Shown here piece after piece: positions 7,079-16,803 of a stretch of 64,000 nt of DNA. How positions within the stretch are numbered: the stretch's first letter is position 1; every line of letters begins with the position of its first letter. The stretch spans positions 62,043 through 126,042 of the forward strand of contig JAOPTW010000011.1 in the NCBI GenBank assembly GCA_051532035.1. The letters run 5' to 3'. Under the pieces are notes generated by a model. The model had not been told where the DNA came from. It did not search any database and was given only the letters and a program-made list of their open reading frames with translations. A program made the position numbers and the translations under genes. The stretch comes from Fibrobacterales bacterium. Lineage in GTDB: Bacteria; Fibrobacterota; Fibrobacteria; Fibrobacterales; JAOPTW01.

Positions 7079-9718
7079 ATGGTTTATAGAAAACTAATGC
7101 CTTTATATATGTTGTTTTTCATATGTATCACTATTTCTTGCACTGAAAACTCAACATCTACAGCTGGAGCTTCACCAGAAGACATACCATCTTCAAGCTC
7201 TGAAATCGACCCCACAAAAGACATTGCCTTTGCAGCAAAAATTGTTCAGTCCGTAGGACAACTACCTACGTGTGATGAAAGTCTATACGGACAACTCTAT
7301 TTTGTTCTTTCAGAAGGTACTTTTCATGGGTGTATGGCCACGGGATATCAAGTAATTAACTTTGCCGGACCACAGGGCGAAACTGGTGCACAGGGGACTT
7401 CGGGAACAAATGGAACATCCTGCAATGCACTATCTATAGCTGAAGGTATAGAAGTTGTTTGTGCTGGTATGGTTATGGATACTATACATAATGGAGTAGA
7501 TGGTACTGACGGTGTAAATGGCCAAGATGGTACTGATGGCGCTGATGGAACAAATGGTATGCATGGTACTCACGGCACAAACGGACTTAATGGGATCGAT
7601 GGAAAAGATGGGATCGATGGCGCAAACGGGACATCATGTACTTCTCGGTCAATTATAGAAGGCACAGAAGTATTGTGTGCAGGTGTTGTTATTGATACAG
7701 TACGTCACGGACAAGATGGTTTTGCTGGTGTTGATGGTCAGGATGGTATAAATGGTGTTAATGGGGAATCTTGTAGCGCTCGTCCTATTACTGAGGGCAT
7801 TGAAGTTTCTTGCGGTGGTATTATTATTGATACTCTTAATCAGGGTGTTGATGGTCAAGAAGGTCAAAAAGGTACGGACGGTATAAATGGTATCAACGGA
7901 ACGAACGGCGTGGCTGGTAGAGATGGCAATGATGGGGCTGATGGAAGCAACGGAGTCAATGGCTCTGATGGAGAAGATGGAGTAGAGGGTGCCGCTGGAT
8001 ATAATGGTATTGACGGTATTGATGGAGCCTCATGTACAGCGCGCACTATCTTAGAAGGTTTAGAAATTTCTTGTGGCAGCGTTGTAGTTGATACCATTCG
8101 TGATGGTACTGCTGGCCAAGATGGAGCAGATGGTCAAGATGGTGTAGCTGGTCAGGATGGAGTTGACGGTCAAGATGGTGTAGCTGGACAAAATGGAGTT
8201 GACGGTCAAGATGGAGCAGATGGTCAAAATGGTGTAGCTGGTCAGGATGGAGTTGACGGTCAAGATGGTGTAGCTGGACAAAATGGAGTTGACGGTCAAG
8301 ATGGAGTAGATGGTCAAGATGGAGTAGATGGTCAAGATGGTGTAGCTGGTCAAGATGGTTCAGATGGCCACAACGGTCGAGATGGTTTGTCTTGTAGTGT
8401 TAATGCGATCGAAGAAGGTGTTGTTATTTATTGTCCTCGACTGGGCTATGATACATTGTATCATGGAGAAGAGGGAATACAAGGTCTCCAAGGACAGGCA
8501 GGCGATTCATGTATGGCTTATCCTATTGCTGAAGGTTCAGAAATTTACTGTGGCAATAGAGTTGTTGATACTATTTATAATGGAGTAGATGGTGTCGATG
8601 GTGTCGATGGTCAAGATGGTGTGGCTGGTCAGGATGGAGTTAACGGTCAAGATGGTGTAGCTGGTCAGGATGGAGTTGACGGTCAAGATGGTGTCGATGG
8701 TCAAAATGGTACTGATGGTGCTAGTATAGAATGGTTAGGTGCACTTGTTACACCTCCAAATACTCCTTTTCTGAATCAGGCTTTTTATTGGTCTACAATG
8801 GGTATTTCGTGTATTTGGGCTGGCAATTCATGGGAATTAATTTCAAAAGATGGTGGAGTAACTGTGACTACTTGCGAAGCTGCTAATGATAGAAATGCAA
8901 TGGCTCCATCAAGAGCTTCAAACTCATGGGATGAGCTAAAACTTGGTGATTTTTACCTACTCAATAATCGTTGGGGCTCAGATGCAACTCAATGTGGGTC
9001 AGACTATGAAATTTATGTTGCTGATGATTATACTTTTGGGTGGGAATTTAGTAGACCTTCTTGTGGTACAGAAAGGCAGCAGGATAGGTATCCAGATTAT
9101 CCATCAATAGTTATTGGGGCATCACCTTTCGAAAAAGTTGAAAGTGATCCAGCCCCTTTTAAATCATCTACCGATCTTTTACCTATACAGGTTGGAGATA
9201 TTGTTTCTGCCCAATTAGAGATCGATGCATTAAATTTGATTCTTGCACAGGACAATCGTTGGATTGTTTCATTAGAATTATGGTTGAGCCGTGAAGACCC
9301 AACAATAAATCGTCAACCAGACCCTGAAGTACAATTGTTATTAATTTTTGGGTGGTCCGATGAATGGTGGCCTTGTAATCAAACAGTTGGGAGGTTTGCT
9401 GAAAATCTTGAACTTACTACTGGTGCACATGATTTTACTCTCTGCCAACAAGAAGATGACTGGGGAGGATGGAGTTACTTTCAGTTTCGTGCAGGTGATG
9501 GTACCGATGCCTTTTCTCAACAATCTATCAATGGAATAATTGATCTAAAAGCTGCTATTGATTGGTTAGTCGCTCATGCGGGAGTATCAACTGACTATTA
9601 TGTTTCTATGCTCACATTAGGTACAGAAATTGATAATAATACTGATGGAGTTGTGACTATTGCCGATCTGACTCTCGAAGTGAATTCTGAATATGGTGGT
9701 ATTGAGTTTGGTAATTAA
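7079..9718 (+). CDS. Lipoprotein with collagen-like Gly-X-Y runs alternating with six Cys-containing modules, and a C-terminal GH12-like domain
   Basis: The track start 7040 is TTG. ATG 7079 has an AAGAGGA RBS and gives MVYRKLMPLYMLFFICITISC (lipobox). There are long GxDGxDG (G-X-Y) runs. The module SC-x9-E[IV]xC[AG]xx[IV][IV]DT[IL] occurs six times. The C-terminal ~290 aa carries GH12-like landmarks: NNRWGSDATQC, YPS, ELWL, LLLIFGW, LGTEIDN. Confidence 0.85.
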   Translation: MVYRKLMPLYMLFFICITISCTENSTSTAGASPEDIPSSSSEIDPTKDIAFAAKIVQSVGQLPTCDESLYGQLYFVLSEGTFHGCMATGYQVINFAGPQGETGAQGTSGTNGTSCNALSIAEGIEVVCAGMVMDTIHNGVDGTDGVNGQDGTDGADGTNGMHGTHGTNGLNGIDGKDGIDGANGTSCTSRSIIEGTEVLCAGVVIDTVRHGQDGFAGVDGQDGINGVNGESCSARPITEGIEVSCGGIIIDTLNQGVDGQEGQKGTDGINGINGTNGVAGRDGNDGADGSNGVNGSDGEDGVEGAAGYNGIDGIDGASCTARTILEGLEISCGSVVVDTIRDGTAGQDGADGQDGVAGQDGVDGQDGVAGQNGVDGQDGADGQNGVAGQDGVDGQDGVAGQNGVDGQDGVDGQDGVDGQDGVAGQDGSDGHNGRDGLSCSVNAIEEGVVIYCPRLGYDTLYHGEEGIQGLQGQAGDSCMAYPIAEGSEIYCGNRVVDTIYNGVDGVDGVDGQDGVAGQDGVNGQDGVAGQDGVDGQDGVDGQNGTDGASIEWLGALVTPPNTPFLNQAFYWSTMGISCIWAGNSWELISKDGGVTVTTCEAANDRNAMAPSRASNSWDELKLGDFYLLNNRWGSDATQCGSDYEIYVADDYTFGWEFSRPSCGTERQQDRYPDYPSIVIGASPFEKVESDPAPFKSSTDLLPIQVGDIVSAQLEIDALNLILAQDNRWIVSLELWLSREDPTINRQPDPEVQLLLIFGWSDEWWPCNQTVGRFAENLELTTGAHDFTLCQQEDDWGGWSYFQFRAGDGTDAFSQQSINGIIDLKAAIDWLVAHAGVSTDYYVSMLTLGTEIDNNTDGVVTIADLTLEVNSEYGGIEFGN
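8104..8385 (+). repeat. Near-perfect tandem 18/36-nt DNA repeats encoding (GVDGQDGVAGQ[DN])n
   Basis: The unit ggtcaagatggtgtagctggtcaggatggagttgac recurs with only a few substitutions. A second block lies at 8578-8715. Confidence 0.9.
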
Positions 9719-9797
9719 TTTCCTTTTATTTTATCTCTAAGAACCAATAGATCAAGGCAAGGGCATTCCTTGTCCCCAGTCTGTACTTTATACAAGG

Positions 9798-9825
9798 AGC
9801 CCCCAAAAAAGGGGCTGTTATGTTG
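9798..9825 (+). terminator. Candidate rho-independent terminator after the collagen/GH12 gene
   Basis: Stem agcccc / ggggct with an A-rich loop, followed by a weak T-rich tail. Confidence 0.4.
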
Positions 9826-9885
9826 CTATCTTATTCTCACCATTCAGCTTTTTGGCAAATGGCCGTAGAATAAAGGAATAATACA

Positions 9886-10710
9886 TTGAATACACAAACG
9901 CTGAAAATACCTAATGCACCTCAATCCATTCAAAAAGGGGTTCCTTTAAAGTTACTCTTAGACCAAGAGGCTATTGCCCAATTAGCAGAAAATTTTCAAA
10001 TGGTGTATTCTGAATTTGATACAGCTGGTTTTGTGAAACACGCTATGGAAAATATTACTCCTCTTGGTATAAAAGAGAGAGGTGTACATATCTCTAAAGT
10101 AATGAAAGAATATTTGCCGAATAAATATTCTGATGCAATTAATGTTATTCTTAAATCACTCACTCCACCTTTAGATAAGACAGAAGGAAATGGGTTGGCA
10201 GGTATGTTTTATATGCCGCATTGCAGTTTCATTGCTCAATACGGACTTGATAACTTTGATATTTCTATGCATGCTCAATATGAGTTAACGAAACGGTTTA
10301 CCTGTGAATTCTCAATGCGTCCATACATTAATGATGATGAAAAAAGAACTATGGATGTTCTATATACATGGATGAACGATACTGACCCACATGTGAGACG
10401 GTTATGCTCTGAAGGGACCAGACCTCGATTGCCTTGGGCAACTAAAATAAACTCTTTTGTTAAAGACCCCAGTCCTACCATTATTATTTTAAATCATTTA
10501 AAAAATGATACCGATTTATATGTGAGAAGAAGCGTTGCCAATCATGTTGGCGATATCGCCAAAGACCATTTAGAACTTGCTTTAGAATTGTGTGAGGAGT
10601 GGTTAGTAGGGGCAGATACTCATCTAAAATGGGTAATTCGTCATGCGCTACGAAATCCCGCAAAAAAAGGGAATGTAACGGCTTTAGAAATCAGAAAGAA
10701 TGCAGTATAG
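9886..10710 (+). CDS. DNA alkylation repair protein (HEAT-repeat family, AlkC/AlkD/YhaZ-like)
   Basis: TTG start with AAGGA 8 nt upstream. Motifs DPHVRRLCSEGTRPRLPWA and DLYVRRSVANHVGDIAKDH are typical of the DNA_alkylation (PF08713-type) family. Confidence 0.7.
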   Translation: MNTQTLKIPNAPQSIQKGVPLKLLLDQEAIAQLAENFQMVYSEFDTAGFVKHAMENITPLGIKERGVHISKVMKEYLPNKYSDAINVILKSLTPPLDKTEGNGLAGMFYMPHCSFIAQYGLDNFDISMHAQYELTKRFTCEFSMRPYINDDEKRTMDVLYTWMNDTDPHVRRLCSEGTRPRLPWATKINSFVKDPSPTIIILNHLKNDTDLYVRRSVANHVGDIAKDHLELALELCEEWLVGADTHLKWVIRHALRNPAKKGNVTALEIRKNAV

Positions 10711-10836
10711 GCTTATTATAGACAATAGTATCTCCCGTTATTTCACCCATACCGTCATTTTTGAACCTTCTTGCAAAGCTACTTAACAATTTTTAGATTT
10801 GTACCGAGACAATTGATCACCAAGAGAGAAGAGACT

Positions 10837-11436
10837 ATGAGTTTTATACAATCAATGCAGACTCGGTATACTACCAAAACATACGATGCTTCAAAAGGTA
10901 TCGACCCAAGTCAGATTGAAGCATTAAAAAATATTTTACACTTGAGCCCCTCGTCAATAAATAGCCAACCGTGGAAGTTTACTTTCGTATCAGATCCCGA
11001 TACCAAACAAAAGCTGGCTGAGGCTTCTTTTTTCAATGCGCCAAAAGTTCTTGATAGTCATACTGTTATTGTGTTTAATAGAATTGATTCGGTGCCGTTA
11101 TTTGAAGAGATCATCAATAGCGATCTTCCTGAAGGCGCTTTAGGGTATTACAAAAATTTCATTCAACCGCTGCCCGATGCAGAAATCTTAGCATGGTTTG
11201 ACAAACAAGTTTACTTGGCTCTGGGTGTGTTATTAAGTGCATGCGCCGAAATGAATATCGATACTACTTCGATGGAAGGTATTGAAACTGAAAAATATGA
11301 TGCAATTCTAAAGAATGACAAATACACTGCACTTATGGCTGTAGCAATTGGTACCAGAGATGCGAATGATTCTAATCAACCGCATCTTAATCCAAAGTCA
11401 CGCAGAGCGATAGACACAATTATTGAAGTAATTTAA
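10837..11436 (+). CDS. Oxygen-insensitive NAD(P)H nitroreductase, NfsB/NfnB-like
   Basis: The track start 10771 is TTG. The ATG at 10837 gives MSFIQSMQTRYTTKTYDASKGIDPSQIEALKNILHLSPSSINSQPWKF, which aligns along its whole length with E. coli NfsB as I recall it (..RHSTKAFDASKKLT..SPSSTNSQPWHF..). Confidence 0.85.
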   Translation: MSFIQSMQTRYTTKTYDASKGIDPSQIEALKNILHLSPSSINSQPWKFTFVSDPDTKQKLAEASFFNAPKVLDSHTVIVFNRIDSVPLFEEIINSDLPEGALGYYKNFIQPLPDAEILAWFDKQVYLALGVLLSACAEMNIDTTSMEGIETEKYDAILKNDKYTALMAVAIGTRDANDSNQPHLNPKSRRAIDTIIEVI

Positions 11437-11492
11437 AGGCAAACCGAGCATACTGGTATAGTATACTTAATGGTCTTTTGAAAACAAAATAT

Positions 11493-11530
11493 GAGAGTGG
11501 GGTTGGCTTTGTTCCACTCTCTTTATATTT
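11493..11530 (+). terminator. Candidate terminator between convergent genes
   Basis: 8-bp stem gagagtgg / ccactctc (11493-11500 and 11514-11521), followed by tttatattt. Confidence 0.5.
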
Positions 11531-11553
11531 CTAGTACCGTCTATATACTCCAC

Positions 11554-13182
11554 TTACTCCACCTGATCATAACAGATAGCATCAAAAGGAGTACCCGGTA
11601 CCGCTGAACGGCCGGTAGTAATAACAATAGAGTCAGACATATCAAAGGTTATGTTTGAGACAATGGAAGTGGGCTTACCATTCTGTAAGGCCGTAACCGA
11701 TACATTGTTAGCGCCTTTACTGAATTTGATATCAGACCCTTTCACCTGCATGATATGCGGCGCGAGCATTACATCCGGCGGTACTTCAAAAAGAGGGAGG
11801 TCGGTAGATATGAACCAATCATCGGTTGTTGTGTTTTTCACTTCTATCTCTCTCGGCTTATCTGTTTGGATAGCACTTTCTAAAATTTGATTAAAAATAC
11901 CTTCTATCTGATCAGCATCAGAGAGTGCTTTAAAAAATCCATTTGTTTTTTCGGCCATAGCAACGAGTGGCTCATACCTTGAATTTTGTAATCCTATGTA
12001 GTATATCTCAGGATAATTTGTTGAATCTTGTTTCGCAATATAATTATCAAGCTTGGTAAGATCTTCTTCATAAGGGTTTCCATCAGTGAAGAACAATATC
12101 ACCTGTCTGTTAGGAGATTCAGTAGAGATAATATCACTCCAATCTTTTGCAAGAACGAGGGACGATTTAAAACTCGTTCCCACAGAATCATTATACTCAC
12201 CACAATTCATGGTACTTTCAAAGAGTTCGAAGTCATAGGTTGCTTTCTTTTTAAGTTTGTCAAGGTGAGCTGCATTAGAGAGTTTATCGGGCATTACGAG
12301 ACTATTATAGGTACTCACCGCTTCCCCATTACATACTCCCGCAGCAAACCCAAAATATGCGACATTGGATTTCGGTACTCGTGCGGTGAGTGTATCAATC
12401 GCTTTTACCACGGCAACAGAGGTGAGCATATCGGGATCATACTTTCTCATAGACATACTTCTATCAATAACAAAGGTGATATCGATAGGGTCGTTGAGCA
12501 CGTTCTTTAGAGGGAGACACATATTCAGACCGTTTTCACTTATGGAGCGTATGTTACTCGGTAGGGTATAGGTACTTATGATATCTGACTCGAATGATAC
12601 ACAGGAGTCATTCTGTGTCGCTAGTTCACAGCGATATGCAAGACATACAGAGAGCCCAGAACACTCATCATCAGCGCAGTCAATGTCACCGTCATCATCA
12701 TTATCAAGACCATCGATACAGAGAATTGTTGTATTTTCTCTGTCGGGGAGGCACGCTGCTATACCACTACAATCCATGTCATCACAATCAATGGCACCAT
12801 CGTCATCATTATCTACTAAGTCTGTGCATGTTTTGTGGGTGTTTTCTCCATCGGGTAAACAAACATCAATTGCCTTGCAGTTTAAATCGTCACAGTCTAT
12901 TTTATTATCACCATCATTATCAATTCCATCACTGCAGAGTTCTTTGGTGTTTTCATGTAATATTTCATTAGCTAAGAGTACACAGTATCGATCTGCATCA
13001 CAGTCACTGTCGTCACAATCAATATAACCATCGGAGTCATTATCAATTAAGTCGTCACACAGAGTTTCACTGGGTTTAATATCTTTTTTCATAGATAATT
13101 TTAAATTATCATCTTGATCGGAAATACAATTACTCAAAACTAATTGTATGAGTACCATTAAAAACAACTTTCCCTTAATCAT
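11554..13182 (-). CDS. Lipoprotein with four Cys/Asp-rich MopE-like putative metal-binding repeats and a von Willebrand factor A domain
   Basis: The track start 13218 is TTG. ATG 13182 gives MIKGKLFLMVLIQLVLSNC (lipobox). The repeat C-x-D-x-[IV]DND-x-DG-x-IDC-x-D-x-[DE]C occurs four times. VWA MIDAS motif: DITFVIDRSMSM. Confidence 0.8.
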   Translation of the reverse strand: MIKGKLFLMVLIQLVLSNCISDQDDNLKLSMKKDIKPSETLCDDLIDNDSDGYIDCDDSDCDADRYCVLLANEILHENTKELCSDGIDNDGDNKIDCDDLNCKAIDVCLPDGENTHKTCTDLVDNDDDGAIDCDDMDCSGIAACLPDRENTTILCIDGLDNDDDGDIDCADDECSGLSVCLAYRCELATQNDSCVSFESDIISTYTLPSNIRSISENGLNMCLPLKNVLNDPIDITFVIDRSMSMRKYDPDMLTSVAVVKAIDTLTARVPKSNVAYFGFAAGVCNGEAVSTYNSLVMPDKLSNAAHLDKLKKKATYDFELFESTMNCGEYNDSVGTSFKSSLVLAKDWSDIISTESPNRQVILFFTDGNPYEEDLTKLDNYIAKQDSTNYPEIYYIGLQNSRYEPLVAMAEKTNGFFKALSDADQIEGIFNQILESAIQTDKPREIEVKNTTTDDWFISTDLPLFEVPPDVMLAPHIMQVKGSDIKFSKGANNVSVTALQNGKPTSIVSNITFDMSDSIVITTGRSAVPGTPFDAICYDQVE

Positions 13183-13379
13183 AATACCCCTCGATGCATG
13201 CATATTGTCTGTGAACAATTAAATATATATTGTTGAGAATCAATCAACGTGCGACTTACACTGATATTTGGGTTGTTAAGAATGTTTTACTTTTGCGAAC
13301 TGTTTGAGTACAATTGGGGCGTATGGTGAGTTGCTTATTATGGCCCGAACTTCTCAGTTGTGAGTGGGAGGTCCATTAC

Positions 13380-14543
13380 TCATTCAATAATTTTCGCATC
13401 AATTAACTGATAACTATACTGCTTATTTTCACTTTTGAATACAATATGATAGATACCGAGTGTATCAATTCTTATGGATGATTCATTGACATTTACTTCA
13501 CCGTCATCATTATTATCGCCATAATAGTTTTCAATGTGATCATAATGATTGAATTTAAACCGGGGCTCCGCTTCAACAGTATCTTGAGTAAAATCAACAT
13601 AGATCTCCCATACGCCACTATCATCAATTAATTCAGTCATAGGAGTGTGCTTCCAATTGTTGAGATTCGAATGAAAGAATGCTGTTTGCCATCCAAACCC
13701 TGTTGGTTCATATTTCCAATCGGTATCATCACCAGCAGGATGATACCAAAGACTTGATGAAATGATATCGGGTCGATGATCGATAGTGTACTCTTTGGTG
13801 AGTGAATTAAACGTGATTTTATATTTAAATGTAGAATCAACACGTATTGAAGAGCCATGTAACGCCGCGACACCTTCAATCCCAGAAAGACCATAATTAT
13901 GGGGTACGGTATCAATATCAACGGTACCTTCATTGCCGTAGCGACTTATTTTGAAGCGTGGATCAGATGAACTATTAAAGTTTGCGTAGATTTCCCAAGT
14001 ATACGGACTGGTGCTTGTCATGGGGGTAGATTTCCAGTCGTTCAGAGTTCCTTTGATGTAGCATGTAGCCCATAGAGATTCAGAGGTGTCATTTACTGGC
14101 TCTAGTTTCCATGGGTTGTTTATTACGCGTTTTAATAGGAGTGGCTGTGGAGAAATACTGCTCGAAGACTCAGGAAAAGGATCAGATGACAAAAAGGGGG
14201 TGGTGCTCGATGGGGGCGATGATGATGATGAGATGGAGGATGATGGGTATATTGAGGATGAAGAAATGGGTGGTATCACACTCGATGAGGAACTTAAAGG
14301 GGGAATCACTTGTGAGCTTGAAAGAGTAGTAATTAATGAGTCTTTACTTGATAGAGTATCGGGGCGAGTGGAAGAAGAGGGCACTAGAGTCGGTGTTTGG
14401 GGTATGTTTGATGAAAGTGACACTATTATTGTTGAGGATGATAGTTCAGAGAGGGTATCAATTGTGTGTAATTCATCGACACAGCTTGAAAAAAAGATAC
14501 TCAGTACAGTGAGACTGATTGATATGACGGAGTGGGTATGCAT
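13380..14543 (-). CDS. Secreted Ser-rich protein with two tandem CBM48/CBM20-like (E-set) modules
   Basis: Signal peptide, then a ~120-aa Ser-rich linker. Two repeats have the pattern [LN]N[DN]WK-x-TPMT...WEIY..F....PRFK[FI], which resembles the GSFNNW...YKF pattern of CBM48. Confidence 0.55.
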   Translation of the reverse strand: MHTHSVISISLTVLSIFFSSCVDELHTIDTLSELSSSTIIVSLSSNIPQTPTLVPSSSTRPDTLSSKDSLITTLSSSQVIPPLSSSSSVIPPISSSSIYPSSSISSSSSPPSSTTPFLSSDPFPESSSSISPQPLLLKRVINNPWKLEPVNDTSESLWATCYIKGTLNDWKSTPMTSTSPYTWEIYANFNSSSDPRFKISRYGNEGTVDIDTVPHNYGLSGIEGVAALHGSSIRVDSTFKYKITFNSLTKEYTIDHRPDIISSSLWYHPAGDDTDWKYEPTGFGWQTAFFHSNLNNWKHTPMTELIDDSGVWEIYVDFTQDTVEAEPRFKFNHYDHIENYYGDNNDDGEVNVNESSIRIDTLGIYHIVFKSENKQYSYQLIDAKIIE

Positions 14544-14552
14544 AGTGGTTCC

Positions 14553-16079
14553 TTAAAAATTATAGGTTAGAGCGATATGAAAGGTATTTCTTTTATGAAT
14601 ATATAAGGTTGGTTGGGTATCACTGAAGGTTTTAGAAAATAATGCATAGCCCGCTGTTGCTGTAATGGCAATTTTTTGTGTAATATAGAGATGGAGCTCG
14701 GAGACTATTTCAAAATCTTGTGAATAGATATAGGTACCTTGATGTTTACCAACGAGCCCAAAACAGTAATACGAACCCAATGAAATTGCACCTTTTTGAT
14801 TGAAGATGCGGGGAGAAGTGAATCCTAGTCCAATTTTTGTCCAGTATTGCCGCTCTTCACTCTGGTTAAATTGTAGGTCTTGTGCAAGATACCACAGAGG
14901 CACTGGGTATACTTTGATTGAACTTTTTACTGATCCATCTAATGAGAGTGCTTTAGCGAGGGTGACTGTTATGTATGAATGGGGAGGTTTGATTGGAGCA
15001 GTTTTTTGAACTGTTCCTTTATAGTAGGCGATAGATATAGGGAGTGTGTGAAGGTCTGTAGAGTATATTTCTTTCTGTTCACGGCGTCGCACAACAAATG
15101 AATGAGAGCGGGTGGTCTCTTCGTTCTTCTGATAGAGGGTATAGTTTCCGGGGTTTAATGCAATAGAGAGGGGAATGCGTGATCGTTTGGTTAGGTCGGC
15201 AACGATGAGATTATCTCTATTGGCAATGGTAATACTGCCCATAAGGTGTGAATCGAGAATGATTCCAGAGCCAGAGCGATTGAGGTCTGTAAGAATGAGG
15301 TCGCCTTCGAGTTTCATGTTAAATTCAGCATTGGGGTGTTGTGAGGTGCCGAAAAATGATTGAGACTGTATCAGAGTATTGTGGTAAGCATAGGTATAGG
15401 CTTCCATGAGTGAGACTTTATTGTCACCCGATACATCTGCAGCCCCTCGTAATCCATTAGTAAAATAGTGTGTGAAATACGAACTGCCCAATTGATCAGA
15501 TTCATGGGAGAGCTCATTATGAGCGCTCGATGAAATAAGGATAGTCCCTTCGGCAGTAATGCTTTGGTTTATGGCTACGGGGGCAACCTTTTTTACCCCT
15601 TTTTTGCGGATGAGCGATCCACTTTCACAGGCATCAAAAAAACCGATTTTTACCCGAGCAGGTATTTCCTTAAAGAGACGCGCAAATTGATGATAGGTAA
15701 ATGAGGTAGAGCCAAGTTTCATCCTATGAGAATCGCCATGGCCCGAAAAATAGAATATAAAAACAGCAGGTTCTGATGTGGACTTATTGTGTAGTGCGAT
15801 CGTTGATTGCATCTGATTAAATGCTGTGATAACTTCTTTTTTTGTGGGAGACTTGAGGAGTGTTATGTTTTTGGGTTGTAAAAAACCAAAGTGAGAAAAT
15901 ATGGAAGATATTTTCTCAGCATCCTTTTCAGAGTATTTAAGCTTGGCATCTGATGGATCACCTTGGTTATGACCAATAAAAAGACCGTAGTGTGTTGAAG
16001 CGTGGACAGGGAGTATCGCCATAACAAAGAGAATAGTTATACTGGTTATAAAGAGTCGGCTCAATTTATTTTTTCTCAT
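14553..16079 (-). CDS. Secreted caspase-family (peptidase C14) domain protein with a C-terminal beta-barrel-like region
   Basis: Signal peptide. His-Cys dyad context FIFYFSGHGD...IGFFDACESGS. The C-terminal ~150 aa has alternating hydrophobic residues and ends ...HIALTYNF (terminal aromatic, as in OMPs). Confidence 0.75.
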   Translation of the reverse strand: MRKNKLSRLFITSITILFVMAILPVHASTHYGLFIGHNQGDPSDAKLKYSEKDAEKISSIFSHFGFLQPKNITLLKSPTKKEVITAFNQMQSTIALHNKSTSEPAVFIFYFSGHGDSHRMKLGSTSFTYHQFARLFKEIPARVKIGFFDACESGSLIRKKGVKKVAPVAINQSITAEGTILISSSAHNELSHESDQLGSSYFTHYFTNGLRGAADVSGDNKVSLMEAYTYAYHNTLIQSQSFFGTSQHPNAEFNMKLEGDLILTDLNRSGSGIILDSHLMGSITIANRDNLIVADLTKRSRIPLSIALNPGNYTLYQKNEETTRSHSFVVRRREQKEIYSTDLHTLPISIAYYKGTVQKTAPIKPPHSYITVTLAKALSLDGSVKSSIKVYPVPLWYLAQDLQFNQSEERQYWTKIGLGFTSPRIFNQKGAISLGSYYCFGLVGKHQGTYIYSQDFEIVSELHLYITQKIAITATAGYALFSKTFSDTQPTLYIHKRNTFHIALTYNF

Positions 16080-16803
16080 AGGTTAACACTGATACAGAGT
16101 GGTTTTTAAATAGTGGAGAGAGCCTATCGTACAGAGTCCCATTGGTCAGTGGTTGGATGGCAGTTTTACTCAATGATTGTATGGTATCAAGCATAAGTAA
16201 TGGATCAAATATTTCTGGAGCAGCAAGGGCAATAAGGGCTTCTTTACCAATATACCCATCAAGCTCTAAGGCAAAAGGGAGAGGGGTGCCATCACTTGCA
16301 GGCATGTGGAGCACTTGCGTACTGGTGATACATTCAACAGAGCCTGACTGATTGAGTAGATAAAAATGAATATAATTCGCTGTGTCTGAGGAGTAAAAAG
16401 GTTGTATTTTGTTTTTTTCAGCAAGGATGCTTCCAGAGATAACGGGGGAAAAGGTTCCTTGGTGCTCCAAGTAGTAACTGATAGAAAATGAGAGACTTTT
16501 CGAACGAACCGCTACCTGTGGAGTGGCGTTTGTATCAAAGGGAGAGGTGTCACTGAAAGAAATTATTGCAGTGCCCGTAATAGTAATACCAATGAGTACC
16601 ATGAGCGTAGAGACTGTTTGCAACCATTTTATATTGAATAGTAGTATTGGTCCTTTTTTCGAAACGGTCTGTTGCTGTGTGAGTTGTTCATTGGCTATTT
16701 GATCAACAACATTTTTAAGTATATGCTCAGGTGCTTTAACTGAAGTGCGTTTCATCGTTCCATATGCCTGTAACAGGTCTTCTGTATCGCGGTTGTTATT
16801 CAT
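16066..16803 (-). CDS. Anti-sigma factor (single-pass membrane protein)
   Basis: 8-nt overlap with the upstream ECF sigma gene. One central TM helix (TVSTLMVLIGITITGTAIISF). Its 3' end overlaps the caspase-like gene. Confidence 0.6.
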   Translation of the reverse strand: MNNNRDTEDLLQAYGTMKRTSVKAPEHILKNVVDQIANEQLTQQQTVSKKGPILLFNIKWLQTVSTLMVLIGITITGTAIISFSDTSPFDTNATPQVAVRSKSLSFSISYYLEHQGTFSPVISGSILAEKNKIQPFYSSDTANYIHFYLLNQSGSVECITSTQVLHMPASDGTPLPFALELDGYIGKEALIALAAPEIFDPLLMLDTIQSLSKTAIQPLTNGTLYDRLSPLFKNHSVSVLTYEKK

